A DNA stretch of 64,000 nucleotides from an uncultured Candidatus Saccharibacteria bacterium (GTDB taxonomy: Bacteria; Patescibacteriota; Minisyncoccia; UBA6257; JACOXY01): contig CAYHMC010000002.1 in NCBI GenBank assembly GCA_964357615.1, positions 7,481 to 71,480 on the forward strand, written 5' to 3'. Made by a program: the position numbers and the translations under genes. The notes beneath the pieces were generated by a model. That model was not told the DNA's origin. It saw only the letters and a program-made list of their open reading frames with translations, and ran no database searches. This document shows, piece after piece, positions 47,822 to 58,533 of the stretch. How positions within the stretch are numbered: position 1 is the stretch's first letter; the number at the start of each line of letters is the position of its first letter.

Positions 47822-48685
47822 TTATATTTTACTTTTGGTTAATTTTTTAATTCTTAATTCATATATTTTTGCATCAACTAAAAATCTATACCAAAATCCC
47901 TGCAAAAAATGCCATATAAGGCCTGGAATTCCATCTAAGACACCCAATCTAATTATATAACGATATTTCCAATATAAAAGCGCCCTAAAAAACGGTGGGA
48001 GCCTATAGTATAAATTATCTTTATACCATCTACGACGCTCTGGATCACTACCTTCACGATTTGCTGTTATTTCATTATTAGATTTTTCTAAAACTGAAGT
48101 AGCCTCTCTTTCTGCATACTTATTGTGCTTTTCTATCCAAATAGATAAATTTTTTCTATCGTGCTCTTCAAAATCATTTTCTAAATTTATGGTTTTTCCT
48201 TTTTTTAATATTACATGCTCATCCATAGCTCTATCTTCATATCTACCAGAATCTTTTCTCCATAAACGCAAAAACCAAGCTGGATAATAACCGCCATGCC
48301 TTATCCAGCGATTCATAAAATAAACCCTGCGCTTCATGTAGAATCCTGCGATATTCTCTTCTTTGAGTTTAGCTTCTGATTTAAAATGCTCCGCGATTTC
48401 TTTCCAAGTTTCCGGCAACATAATTTCATCAGAGTCCAATCTTAATATCCACTCATTATTAATTTGAACATTATCAAGCGCCCAATTAAATTGCTCAGCT
48501 TGATTTACAAACTTACGCTCAAAATAACGACACTCATACTTTTTTGCAATATCTATTGTTTTATCTGTACTAAAAGAATCAATAATAATAATTTCTTCTA
48601 CCCAATCAGAAATACTCAAAAGACTTTCGGCGATATTTAACTCTTCATTGTAGGTTAAAATAATTGCAGTAATTGGAAGTTTCAT
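47822..48685 (-). CDS. Glycosyltransferase family 2
   Basis: 287 aa. ITAIILTYNEELNI plus a DxD (DSDE). Confidence 0.75.
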   Translation of the reverse strand: MKLPITAIILTYNEELNIAESLLSISDWVEEIIIIDSFSTDKTIDIAKKYECRYFERKFVNQAEQFNWALDNVQINNEWILRLDSDEIMLPETWKEIAEHFKSEAKLKEENIAGFYMKRRVYFMNRWIRHGGYYPAWFLRLWRKDSGRYEDRAMDEHVILKKGKTINLENDFEEHDRKNLSIWIEKHNKYAEREATSVLEKSNNEITANREGSDPERRRWYKDNLYYRLPPFFRALLYWKYRYIIRLGVLDGIPGLIWHFLQGFWYRFLVDAKIYELRIKKLTKSKI

Positions 48686-48702
48686 ACTATAAATATATTA
48701 TC

Positions 48703-49884
48703 TTACTTTCTTACTAATTTAGTATATTCTGTAATCCAATTCTTTACTATTTCATTCCAAACATACTTCTTAGAAACAAGCTCTCTGCCTCTTCGGCCAA
48801 GTTCTTTTCTTAATTTTTCATCATTAAAAAGTTCAAGAATTCCTTTTTTTAACTCATTTATGTTTTTTTTAATAACGATACCCGCTCCTGCTTCTCTAAT
48901 ATCTGACGCAATACCAACCGCATCAGTTACAACAACCGGCTTACCATAACTCATTGCCTCAACTAAAGAAATTCCAAAATTTTCCGAATAAGAGGGGGCA
49001 ACAAAAACATCTGATAATTTATAAGCAATCGCTTTATCGTTGTCACGCAAATCACCAGTAAAAATAATATTTTTAGCTAAGTGATATTTATCAACTAACT
49101 TTTCTATTTTATTTTTATAACCAAGTTCATCGCTATCGCTACCCACCACAACCAAAACGGCACTTGAAATTTCTTTCACAACTTCGGCAAATGCAGGAAT
49201 TAAAGTATCAAAACCTTTTTTCCAATTGAGTCGCCCGAGTGACAATAAAATTTTTGCATTTTCTGGAATGCCGAATTTTTGCTTAAAATTTATATCATCT
49301 TGGCTGTTTTGTGATAAATTAATATTCGCATCAATTCCATTGGGAATAATGATTGATTTTTTAAGTGGCAAACCAAGCTCTTTATACATATCTTCTTCGT
49401 ATTTTGTCGTAAAGTGAATTGCGGATGCACCTGACAGATTTTTTCCTTCAATACATTTAATGTAGCTTTTTTTTAACAATGAACTTTTTTTACTAATAAG
49501 CTCTGGAATTAAACTTCCACGTGGAGAAATAATATAAGGTTTATTAAGTTTCTTAGAATACTTTGCGCCCAAATAAGAAGCCGATAAAAATACGGATGTT
49601 ATATGAACTAAATCAAAATTTTTTATATTTTCTGATAGAGCATTTTTTAATTCTTTTGAATAAAACCAACTGCGAGGGAAAGAACTCTTAAAGTAATTTA
49701 TCTTAACTCCATCTATAATGTCCATTTTTACTGGTAAGTTGTTAGAACCATCAATATTTGTTGTATAAACCGTGACCTCAACTCCATCCTTAGCTAATCC
49801 TTTATTTAACTCGTGGACACTATAAATAGGACCGCCATAGCGGTAAGCAGGTAGATATGTTGGAACAATATGAAGAATCCTCAT
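48703..49884 (-). CDS. Glycosyltransferase family 4
   Basis: 393 aa GT-B. The C-terminal E-x7-E region is ENFGISLVEAMSYGKPVVVTDAVG. Its start overlaps the upstream stop by 1 nt. Confidence 0.8.
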   Translation of the reverse strand: MRILHIVPTYLPAYRYGGPIYSVHELNKGLAKDGVEVTVYTTNIDGSNNLPVKMDIIDGVKINYFKSSFPRSWFYSKELKNALSENIKNFDLVHITSVFLSASYLGAKYSKKLNKPYIISPRGSLIPELISKKSSLLKKSYIKCIEGKNLSGASAIHFTTKYEEDMYKELGLPLKKSIIIPNGIDANINLSQNSQDDINFKQKFGIPENAKILLSLGRLNWKKGFDTLIPAFAEVVKEISSAVLVVVGSDSDELGYKNKIEKLVDKYHLAKNIIFTGDLRDNDKAIAYKLSDVFVAPSYSENFGISLVEAMSYGKPVVVTDAVGIASDIREAGAGIVIKKNINELKKGILELFNDEKLRKELGRRGRELVSKKYVWNEIVKNWITEYTKLVRK

Positions 49885-51035
49885 TAAAATAATTTATTGT
49901 ATTCTACGATCATTCTCTTTGCGTATTCTTCTGGTGTATATTGCTTTGCTTTTTCTAAGGCATTTAACCCCATAGAGTTAACTTTATCTGGATGATTATA
50001 AAAATACAATATTTTTTCTTTTAAAGCCTCAGTATCTCTAATTGGAATAATAAATCCTTCTTTGCCATCTTCTAAAACTTCAGAAGCGCCGACATTTTGA
50101 GTAACTATGACCGGAAGTGCCGCCCGCATAGCCTCAATTACCACCATTCCAAAACCATCGTCAATTGAAGGCAAGATACAAATACTAGATTTTTCATATA
50201 ATTTTATCAAGTCGTCATCGCTTATGTGATGACTAATAATTTCTAAGTTAGGAATCTTTTTGTATTCAATAAACTCATTGGGAATTTCACCTTTAACTAT
50301 TAACTTCGCATTTTGCAGTCCAAGTTCCTTCCATGCTCTAAGTAAATATATTAAACCTTTTCTGTAAAAATTTCCGCTTACACAAAATACCGTAAAAACT
50401 TCTGGGTATTTTACTGGAATTTTTCTAAACGGAACATCTTTTTCATTACATAAAGGAACTTTGATTATCTTTGATGGTGAAATACCTCTTTTAATAAAAC
50501 TTTTTTTCGTATATTCTGATGGGACTGAAATAAAGTCAGCTAAATCATATTCTCTCTTCATTCGTTCATAAACTTCATTAGAAGTTATATCTATTTTTTT
50601 ATTTAAGAGCAAAGATTTTTCTTGCCTAATAAGTTCTTCCTGCTCATCTATATGAGGACAAGCCCTCTCAACCAAAGTAACTGCGCCCATTTTTTTTGCT
50701 TTTTTTAATGACTTTTCACAAAATCCACTATAACCAGTAAACACCCATTTATCTCCAGGTTTTTTTAAAATTGCAGAAACCCAATTATCAAAAAAACTAG
50801 TGATAAAATTATCTGAGAATAAATTTCCATAATGACTATTAATATACTTAACTGCACCCAAAAACCAAAAACTTTTAATTTTTGAACTTGGAACTTTATA
50901 CGAGGTTAATTTAAATTTAGGATAAGTGGTATATACCTTATCTAAAAAATTTTCATTATTTAATCCCTCGGCTAATCGAAGCGCATGATACTTGCTGTGT
51001 ACTGCTATTGTTGATTTAATTTTTTCTAACTCCAT
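49884..51035 (-). CDS. Glycosyltransferase family 4
   Basis: 383 aa. DGFGMVVIEAMRAALPVIVTQNVGASE is a GT4-type motif. Confidence 0.75.
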   Translation of the reverse strand: MELEKIKSTIAVHSKYHALRLAEGLNNENFLDKVYTTYPKFKLTSYKVPSSKIKSFWFLGAVKYINSHYGNLFSDNFITSFFDNWVSAILKKPGDKWVFTGYSGFCEKSLKKAKKMGAVTLVERACPHIDEQEELIRQEKSLLLNKKIDITSNEVYERMKREYDLADFISVPSEYTKKSFIKRGISPSKIIKVPLCNEKDVPFRKIPVKYPEVFTVFCVSGNFYRKGLIYLLRAWKELGLQNAKLIVKGEIPNEFIEYKKIPNLEIISHHISDDDLIKLYEKSSICILPSIDDGFGMVVIEAMRAALPVIVTQNVGASEVLEDGKEGFIIPIRDTEALKEKILYFYNHPDKVNSMGLNALEKAKQYTPEEYAKRMIVEYNKLF

Positions 51036-51050
51036 AAAATTAATTTGATT

Positions 51051-51971
51051 TTACTTAGAGGATTTTATATTAATCAAAAAACCCTCCCACTCGCCAAAGA
51101 CTCTCGCCGCCTCTTGAACTATATGAGCAAAATAGAATGGAAGAAAATCCTTAATTTTTCTACTTGAATGCTTGGTGATATTAAAAACATAAAGTGCAGC
51201 TGGAATAATCGTGATAAATCTAATGATAAATACTAAATCTTTGATTATTAATTTAATAAAAAGACCTAAAAGAGATTTGTTATCCATAAAATACAGCTTT
51301 AGAGGACCAAATCTCCCTCTAGCTTTCCTTGTATTCCAAAATTCTTTTAAATTATCTGGTTGTGGGTGCAGAACAACAATTTTCGGATCATAAACTTTTT
51401 TATATCCGGCCTCTGTAAGTTTTTTACCAAGAACCCAATCTCTACAAAATCTCGCAGGATAAGAGGGTCCAAACATACCAAGCTCAATAGCAACTTTGCG
51501 CCTACAAGAAAATGCTTCTGCATAATACATATCCGATCGTTCTGGTGGATGTTCCGCAATATGAAGCGCACCGGAATATCTAGAAAATAAACTATTATGA
51601 TTGTAATCTGGTATTCGACTATCAACCAAAACCCAATCGGCGCCCTCATTATATTTTTCATTTAATTTTTCCAAAAAATCTTTTGGTGGCCTAACATCGG
51701 CATCAGCATTTATTATAATATCGCCAGTCGAACTCTGAATTCCCAAATTCACCGCCTCACAGCACCCCTCACCTTTTCCTCTGATTAACTTTACGCCACG
51801 AGATTCAAATTCTTTAACAATTTCTGGGGTTCTGTCGGTTGAGTCATCAACAATAATAATTTCTTTATTATCATAATTAAAATCAAGAAAAGCCTCGATT
51901 GTTTTTCGAATATCTTTTTCTTCATTAAACGAAGGTGTAATTATGCTAAATTTTAACTTTTGTTCAGACAC
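51051..51971 (-). CDS. Glycosyltransferase family 2
   Basis: 306 aa. FSIITPSFNEEKDI, a DDS motif, and C-terminal TM helices. Confidence 0.8.
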   Translation of the reverse strand: MSEQKLKFSIITPSFNEEKDIRKTIEAFLDFNYDNKEIIIVDDSTDRTPEIVKEFESRGVKLIRGKGEGCCEAVNLGIQSSTGDIIINADADVRPPKDFLEKLNEKYNEGADWVLVDSRIPDYNHNSLFSRYSGALHIAEHPPERSDMYYAEAFSCRRKVAIELGMFGPSYPARFCRDWVLGKKLTEAGYKKVYDPKIVVLHPQPDNLKEFWNTRKARGRFGPLKLYFMDNKSLLGLFIKLIIKDLVFIIRFITIIPAALYVFNITKHSSRKIKDFLPFYFAHIVQEAARVFGEWEGFLINIKSSK

Positions 51972-52837
51972 AGTTTTTGAATATTTGATAATTTTTCATT
52001 TGGAACGGCTAGAATATTGTAAGAAGTTTTTTCTTCAGTTTTATCTTCAATTAAGAGCAATCCGCCCCTAAGCACAAGATACAAGACATATTCTTTAGAG
52101 TCAAAAAATGCTCGCATATCCTGCCATTTTGAATTAGAATGATTCCAATTTTCCAGGTTATATTCAAATATCACATAAGGGCGATATTTTTTTATACATT
52201 CAATCGCTCCTTCTATAACAGGAAAGTCACTTCCTCTGGTGTCAATTTTAATAAAATTCAATTTATTAAGTTTTTCCTGAATAGCAATTTCGTCCAATGT
52301 ATAAACTGATACATCAATTTTTTCTTTATCTAGTTTTGGCAATTCATAAAGACTAGAGGTTCCTTTATCATTTAAATCGCTATTATGTACATATAGAGAT
52401 GTTTGTCCATGATTACGCGACAGAGCATATTCAAAAACTTTGATATTTTTAAATTGATTAATTTCAATATTTTCTTTTAAACGCAAAACACTGACTGGGT
52501 CTGGATCAAAGGCAAGAACCTTACCGCTTTGTTCAACCAACTTTCCCATTATTAAAGTGTGAGTTCCAATATTGGCGCCAACATCAACTACGACATCACT
52601 CTCACCAATAACATTTTTCATTAAATCTATTACCCACTTTTCATAATAACCTTGAAAAAATAATTCCCATTCAACATAAGACGAAGTATCAATATTGATT
52701 TTAAGATTACCATCATAATTCATTACAGTTTTAATTTTAAATTTACCTGGACGAAAAATTAGCTTCAATATTCTTTGAGTTCCTCTAGGATAAAATCTTC
52801 TAGTAAAAAAAGCGATTATTTTTGCAACTTGAAACAT
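51953..52837 (-). CDS. FkbM-family SAM-dependent methyltransferase
   Basis: 294 aa. VVDVGANIGTHTL is the FkbM signature (VxDxGANxG). Confidence 0.75.
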   Translation of the reverse strand: MFQVAKIIAFFTRRFYPRGTQRILKLIFRPGKFKIKTVMNYDGNLKINIDTSSYVEWELFFQGYYEKWVIDLMKNVIGESDVVVDVGANIGTHTLIMGKLVEQSGKVLAFDPDPVSVLRLKENIEINQFKNIKVFEYALSRNHGQTSLYVHNSDLNDKGTSSLYELPKLDKEKIDVSVYTLDEIAIQEKLNKLNFIKIDTRGSDFPVIEGAIECIKKYRPYVIFEYNLENWNHSNSKWQDMRAFFDSKEYVLYLVLRGGLLLIEDKTEEKTSYNILAVPNEKLSNIQKLCLNKS

Positions 52838-52841
52838 TTAA

Positions 52842-53954
52842 CTATAATAAGCTTGCCTTAAGAGTACCGACAACAAAAGCCAATTCTTCTCCGGAAAGAT
52901 TGGGACCACTGGGTAAATAGAAGCCATTTTTGGCTATTTTATTTGCAACCGGACATTCATCTTCGCTTGTCCATCCTTTTTTTATAAAAATTTCTTGCAT
53001 ATTATAAGGAACAAATGCTTCTCGTGTTTCAATGCCATTGTCTCTCAATGATTTAGTAACTTTTTCACGACTTCCTTCTTGACTACCGCGCAAAACAATA
53101 TGAAACATCCAATAAACATTTTTTGCGTAGGATTTTTCTGGTGGAAGCTGAATCTCATCAATATTTTTAAGGCTTTCCATATATTTACCCGCGATACTTC
53201 GCTTAGCATTTATAATTTTTTCAATCTTACTTAACTGTGAAACACCAACTGCTGCTTGTAGGTTTGTCATTCTATAATTAAACCCAATTGCCTTGTGCAT
53301 ATACTTATTTTTGTCACCAAAAGCCAACGCCTTTAAAGAACGAGCTTTATCTGCATATTCTTTATTGTTTGTTATTAACATTCCGCCCTCTCCAGTTGTA
53401 ATAATTTTATTTGCATAAAAACTAAAACAACCAATGTCTCCGAGCGATCCAACTTTTTTCCCCTTGTATTCTGCGCCGTGAGCTTCAGCCGCATCTTCAA
53501 TCACAAAAAGATTATGTTTTTTTGCAATTTCAAGAATTGGGTCCATATCTACGGGATGACCATAAACATGCACAACCATTATTGCTTTAGTATTTTTTGT
53601 TATCTTAGCTTCGATTAGTTTTGGATCAATATTTAATGTATCTTCTTCAATATCAATGGGAACTGGCTTAGCTCCCTCATAAATTACAGAAAAGAAAGAA
53701 GCCATATTTGTGAATGTAGCAACAATAACCTCGTCGCCAGGACCAATTCCCAAAGTTACAATGGCCAAATGAAGTGCTGTGGTTCCACTTGTTGTTGAAA
53801 TGCCATATTTTGCTCCACAATAAGATGCAAATTTATCTTCAAATTCACCAATAAATTTTCCAAAATTTCCTGAAATTTCGGATGATTGCATAGCTTCTAG
53901 CACCAACTTGCTATCCTCGCTATCTATATTTGGGCTTGAAACAGATATTTTCAT
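52842..53954 (-). CDS. DegT/DnrJ/EryC1/StrS-family PLP-dependent sugar aminotransferase
   Basis: 370 aa. Contains SFYANKIITTGEGGML, the PLP-lysine motif SF...K..TTGEGG. Confidence 0.9.
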   Translation of the reverse strand: MKISVSSPNIDSEDSKLVLEAMQSSEISGNFGKFIGEFEDKFASYCGAKYGISTTSGTTALHLAIVTLGIGPGDEVIVATFTNMASFFSVIYEGAKPVPIDIEEDTLNIDPKLIEAKITKNTKAIMVVHVYGHPVDMDPILEIAKKHNLFVIEDAAEAHGAEYKGKKVGSLGDIGCFSFYANKIITTGEGGMLITNNKEYADKARSLKALAFGDKNKYMHKAIGFNYRMTNLQAAVGVSQLSKIEKIINAKRSIAGKYMESLKNIDEIQLPPEKSYAKNVYWMFHIVLRGSQEGSREKVTKSLRDNGIETREAFVPYNMQEIFIKKGWTSEDECPVANKIAKNGFYLPSGPNLSGEELAFVVGTLKASLL

Positions 53955-54030
53955 TGGGTAATATAATATAAAATCAGTTTATGCTATTTGCAGTTTTCTT
54001 GCAATCTGATATGCTAAATAAATTAAATAA

Positions 54031-54990
54031 ATGCAAACAGAAGAAATACAAAATAAGCGTGTTTGTGTCATTGGTGGAGCTGGCTTTTTAGGAAGTCATC
54101 TTGTAGATTACTTGGTGGACGAAAGAAACTGCTATGTTTTAGTGTTGGACAACTTAATAAGTGGACTAAAAAAACATATCAATAAAAAGGCTGAATTTGC
54201 TTGGTTTGATATTCGAGAAGATGACCACGAACTAATAGGTATATTAAAAAGCCATCAGATTGAGTATGTTTTTAATTATGCCGCCGAACCATATATTCCA
54301 GAATCATTTGAACGACCAAAGCATTTTTTCATAATAAATGCGGTTTCTGTATTGAATGTTCTAAATGCCTGCCAAAAATCTGGTGTTAAAAAAATTCTTC
54401 AGGTAAGCTCAGCTGAAATTTATGGCGACATGAAAGGAAAAATTAAAGAATCAGATATGGTAGAGGCTCACTCTACATACGGAGTATCTAAACTTGCTGC
54501 TGATGGCCTAGTTCAGGTGCGATGGAGGGAAGGAAATGTTCCAGCAATTGCAATGCGCCAATTTAACTGTGTTGGCGAAAGAGAAACTCACGAATATGTT
54601 ATTCCGGAAATAATTGATCAACTGAGTAATGGCCCTACTGTAAAATTGGGTAATAATAGCTTTAGGGATTTTCAATACGCAGGAGACGCAGTAAAGATGG
54701 CTGTTGAATTATTAGAAAAAGGAAAGCCAGGAGAAGTTTACAATATGGGATCCGAGGACGGAATAAAAATATATGATTTAGCCAACCTTATTGGAAAATT
54801 AATGGGACACGAGAAAATTGAAATCATTACAGATCAAAAAAGAGTTCGCCCGTGGGAAATTTGGCACCTTCAATCTGATAACACGAAACTTTATTCAGTA
54901 ATTTCATACAGGCCAAAAGTTAATTTAGAAGAAGCACTAAAGAAAACCATAAAATACTTTCACGAAAATAATAAAACTTGGGATTTTTAA
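54031..54990 (+). CDS. NAD-dependent sugar epimerase/dehydratase/reductase (extended SDR)
   Basis: 319 aa. It has GGAGFLGSHLVDYL and a YxxxK triad (YGVSK). Confidence 0.8.
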   Translation: MQTEEIQNKRVCVIGGAGFLGSHLVDYLVDERNCYVLVLDNLISGLKKHINKKAEFAWFDIREDDHELIGILKSHQIEYVFNYAAEPYIPESFERPKHFFIINAVSVLNVLNACQKSGVKKILQVSSAEIYGDMKGKIKESDMVEAHSTYGVSKLAADGLVQVRWREGNVPAIAMRQFNCVGERETHEYVIPEIIDQLSNGPTVKLGNNSFRDFQYAGDAVKMAVELLEKGKPGEVYNMGSEDGIKIYDLANLIGKLMGHEKIEIITDQKRVRPWEIWHLQSDNTKLYSVISYRPKVNLEEALKKTIKYFHENNKTWDF

Positions 54991-55033
54991 ATAGACTATA
55001 AAAAATTCGCTCCAGCAACTCTGGGCGAATTTT

Positions 55034-57541
55034 TTATTCCGCAACTATTTGACTCACATTAATTACATATACCTGCCTAGTACCCTCATGTACTGAATCG
55101 ATACAAATCTTATCTCCCGTTAAATTAAATCTAGGGTGTAAATCAGCTCTTAGCCCACTAGAATCCCAATTCTCATTAATTCCAAATTCTTTGCTTGGCA
55201 ACGAGTAAAATTTTCCTACTTCTACTAAATTATTAGTATTAATATTATATAGTAAGAGTTTTCTAAGTTTTTCTTTCCCTGCGTATGTATCAGAAAGTAT
55301 CCAATTCTTGCTCGGATGAAAGGTGGCATGACCATCCTCTGTTAATTTGCCAATGCCTATTTTTTTAAAGTCTTTGGAATTATTTTTAAACAATAAAAAT
55401 GCATCTCCGCTAATTTTCTGTCTTATTCCAGAGTTTTTAAATAATGCATGATAAATTGGTACTAATAATTTTCTAATATAATTTTTCTTGACCAAAGATG
55501 TTGAAACTCTAGGTGGCCTACCCCAAACTAGTAAATCACCATAATTGCTCCAGCCAAAATGAGATACCATTCCAGTATCCAGAAGCAGAATAAGATTTTT
55601 ACCATCAGAATCAGCTACATAAAGCCTACTGTACATTCCTCCATTTTTTGTTTCCCATCTATGCAAAAAAGAAAATTTTGTCCCAGTCTTATTAAAAGTA
55701 ATATGATCTACCCAATGCTCCCCCTCTTTCATTGATTCAATATTTTGATTTTTTATGAGATCTGCGAGAGAAATAATCAATTTAGAACTATTGTCTCTAA
55801 ATTCAATTCTAAAAATTCCATCATTATCCAAAGATTTTTTTTCAATCGATGAATTGCTATTTATTTTATATCCATATCCCTCTCGTAATCTATCTATTCT
55901 AGAAAAACTAAGTGATAGCGCAAATTGACCATCTGGATGAACCGCATAAACAGGGTATGGGATATTTTTTTTATAATTGGATAATATATCTTGTATAACT
56001 GAAACAAACCTACCACCTTGATAGTCGTTGTAAATAATTTTGCTATTAAAATCTGGCCCTAGCCACTCTAGCATACATCCCTGTTGCCAATTCCATGCTC
56101 TAGTTTCTGCTACTTTATAAAATTTATTTGATTCGTTAACTTTAATATATCCAATATCTAATATATCGTTTGATGTCGGTAATCTATCAATAAAATTTGC
56201 TTCTTCGGTAAGTAAATACTTGCCGTCTCTACTCCATGGACTTTTATCATAGTAACCAAAAAAATGATGTTTTCCCGAAGTACTAAATTCAATATTTGCT
56301 AATGGGTTTAAATTACTTTCATTGCCGTTTGAGACACTAGAAATAGCTTCAAACATACCATCAATATCTTCTTTGTAGCTCCATTTACTTACTGCATTTC
56401 TTGCATTATTTTTCATCTCACTTAATTTTACGGGATCCTTTATAAACATTTCCATATATTGTGAAATCATCTTCACATCCCCAATCTCATGAATTACACC
56501 CGATTCGGTTTGTTTAACTAAATCAGGAGCAGTTCCAACGCCACCAGAAAGAATAGAAGCAATACCAAAGTTCATAGCTTCATTCACTTGCTTAGGTGAT
56601 GGGTCAAATTCTGACGGAAGCAACAAAACATCGGAGACTGAATAATATATAGGCAATTCTGATTGATTTTTAAATCCGTAAAAATATATGTTTGGTAAAT
56701 TGTGATCTAAAACATACTGCTCAAGCAAAGCTTTTTCTTCTCCATCACCAATAAACAAAATATTAAACTCAAATTTATTCAAAAGCATTTCGGCGGCCTT
56801 TAAAATATCTAAAGTGCGTTTTCTTTTAATAAATTTGCCTACGAAAATAAAAGTTAAAATCTCACTCTTTTGAATGCCTATGGATTTTTTTAGTGAATCT
56901 TTTGTAAATTTTAATTTTTCGTAATATTCATTAAAATAATTATTATCTACAGCACAAGGAAGAGAGAATAATTTGCTATCTTGAACTCCATAATAAAGAA
57001 AATATTCCTTATTAAGTTGATAACTATAAAGAAATGCTTGGATATTTTTAAAAAGTGTTTTTAAAATTGTCTTTTTAATAGTCTTTTTAATAACTCCACT
57101 TTTTTTACCCAAATCTGCCTCTCCTCTTAAAATTATTTTAACACCAGTATACCAACGAGATAAAAAAACCAGCCAAGAAGTCGCCGTCGTATATCCATGA
57201 ACTAAAACTGCATCATAATTATTCTCTTTTAATTCCTTGATTATTTGTGGATTTATTTGACCAAAAAACGAAGGCCCTGGCTTTAGACTATAATTTTTTA
57301 AAAGGTTATATTTATAGCCATCAAGCAGTGGAACATCCCATTTTATGTCAGTATTTAATTCCTTATCAAAGCCCTTCTTAGAAATTCCAAAATCCCATAA
57401 GTAGTAAACCATCACCTCAAAACGAGAATCCTTGGCTAAGGCTTTAAAAAGTGGCGACTGATACTGAATTGGATGAGAAGCGACAATAGCTAATTTATAT
57501 CTCTTCATGCTTTTTGAGGACTTGGGTGAGAAAGATACCAA
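55034..57541 (-). CDS. Fusion protein: N-terminal GT4 glycosyltransferase + C-terminal ~430-aa TolB/WD40-like beta-propeller-type domain
   Basis: 835 aa. Residues 1-400 are GT-B (family 4-like, EFDPSPKQVNEAMNFGIASI). The C-terminal half has repeated HPDGQFALSL, DSDGKNLILL, DGHATFHPSKNW and HPRFNLTGDKICIDSV segments, reminiscent of TolB-like propeller blades. Confidence 0.55.
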   Translation of the reverse strand: MVSFSPKSSKSMKRYKLAIVASHPIQYQSPLFKALAKDSRFEVMVYYLWDFGISKKGFDKELNTDIKWDVPLLDGYKYNLLKNYSLKPGPSFFGQINPQIIKELKENNYDAVLVHGYTTATSWLVFLSRWYTGVKIILRGEADLGKKSGVIKKTIKKTILKTLFKNIQAFLYSYQLNKEYFLYYGVQDSKLFSLPCAVDNNYFNEYYEKLKFTKDSLKKSIGIQKSEILTFIFVGKFIKRKRTLDILKAAEMLLNKFEFNILFIGDGEEKALLEQYVLDHNLPNIYFYGFKNQSELPIYYSVSDVLLLPSEFDPSPKQVNEAMNFGIASILSGGVGTAPDLVKQTESGVIHEIGDVKMISQYMEMFIKDPVKLSEMKNNARNAVSKWSYKEDIDGMFEAISSVSNGNESNLNPLANIEFSTSGKHHFFGYYDKSPWSRDGKYLLTEEANFIDRLPTSNDILDIGYIKVNESNKFYKVAETRAWNWQQGCMLEWLGPDFNSKIIYNDYQGGRFVSVIQDILSNYKKNIPYPVYAVHPDGQFALSLSFSRIDRLREGYGYKINSNSSIEKKSLDNDGIFRIEFRDNSSKLIISLADLIKNQNIESMKEGEHWVDHITFNKTGTKFSFLHRWETKNGGMYSRLYVADSDGKNLILLLDTGMVSHFGWSNYGDLLVWGRPPRVSTSLVKKNYIRKLLVPIYHALFKNSGIRQKISGDAFLLFKNNSKDFKKIGIGKLTEDGHATFHPSKNWILSDTYAGKEKLRKLLLYNINTNNLVEVGKFYSLPSKEFGINENWDSSGLRADLHPRFNLTGDKICIDSVHEGTRQVYVINVSQIVAE

Positions 57542-58518
57542 TCGTAGGTAATTTTTAGTCCTTGTTCAAGTGATACTTCTGGTTTCCACCCAGTAAGTTC
57601 TTGGAGTTTTGATACATTTGCCAGTCTTCTCTTTGCGCTTCCTGGAAGAGATGGTTTTATATCAAGATTTTTAGGTCGCCACTCTGCAACTTTAAACATT
57701 TTTTCGGCAAGATTATTAATTCCGATTTCCTCAAAATCGCCTATATGAACTGTCTCAATCGGCTGTGAATCAGTTTTCTTAGAATCCATAAGCATCGTCA
57801 TGGCCCGAACTGCGTCCTCTATATAGCAAAATGTTCTCGTGTCATATGCACCATAAATTGGAAATGGATCAATTTTCGCAGCAATGCGCTCACAAAAATC
57901 TGGAATAACATGACCGTTATATCCAGCACGCGGACCATAAAAATTATGGGGTCGCACTAAAAGAGCGCGAAAATTATATTTTTGAGCATAGTGAATAACA
58001 AAAAGTTCACCTATAAGTTTTGTAGATGCATATGACCATCTTGGATTATACGGGTCTTCTATAACCAGTGGCACATTCTCTGGAGTAGGAATTGGTGGGT
58101 CTCCGAAACCACTAAAACCTCCGGCATACGCTTCATTAGATGATGTAAAACAAAACTTTCCTTGACTATTTTCTTTTCTAAACCAATCCAAAATATGAAT
58201 AAGCGAAAGTGTATTCACGCGCAATACTTCATGTGGTTTCTCATAAAACACACGAGTACCATTCATTGCAGCCAAATGATAAACATGATCATATCCACTA
58301 CCAAGTTGTTTTAACGAATCCGGTTCAGTTAAGTCGCAATTAATAAACGACACGCGAGAATCTAGAAGGAGATTTTTGAAGTCGTCATCCATTCGGCCTC
58401 GCGTTAGATTGTCGGCTAATACTAGATGACTTTCGTTATCACTCGATTTAAGTATAAATCTTGCAAGGTGATGTCCAATAAAGCCGGCTCCGCCTGTTAT
58501 TAAAATTTTCTTAGACAT
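57505..58518 (-). CDS. NDP-sugar 4,6-dehydratase / UDP-glucuronate decarboxylase-like extended SDR
   Basis: 337 aa. It has KILITGGAGFIGHHL and a YASTK catalytic motif. It overlaps the upstream gene by 37 nt. Confidence 0.75.
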   Translation of the reverse strand: MSKKILITGGAGFIGHHLARFILKSSDNESHLVLADNLTRGRMDDDFKNLLLDSRVSFINCDLTEPDSLKQLGSGYDHVYHLAAMNGTRVFYEKPHEVLRVNTLSLIHILDWFRKENSQGKFCFTSSNEAYAGGFSGFGDPPIPTPENVPLVIEDPYNPRWSYASTKLIGELFVIHYAQKYNFRALLVRPHNFYGPRAGYNGHVIPDFCERIAAKIDPFPIYGAYDTRTFCYIEDAVRAMTMLMDSKKTDSQPIETVHIGDFEEIGINNLAEKMFKVAEWRPKNLDIKPSLPGSAKRRLANVSKLQELTGWKPEVSLEQGLKITYDWYLSHPSPQKA

Positions 58519-58533
58519 AATTTAAAAAATAAA

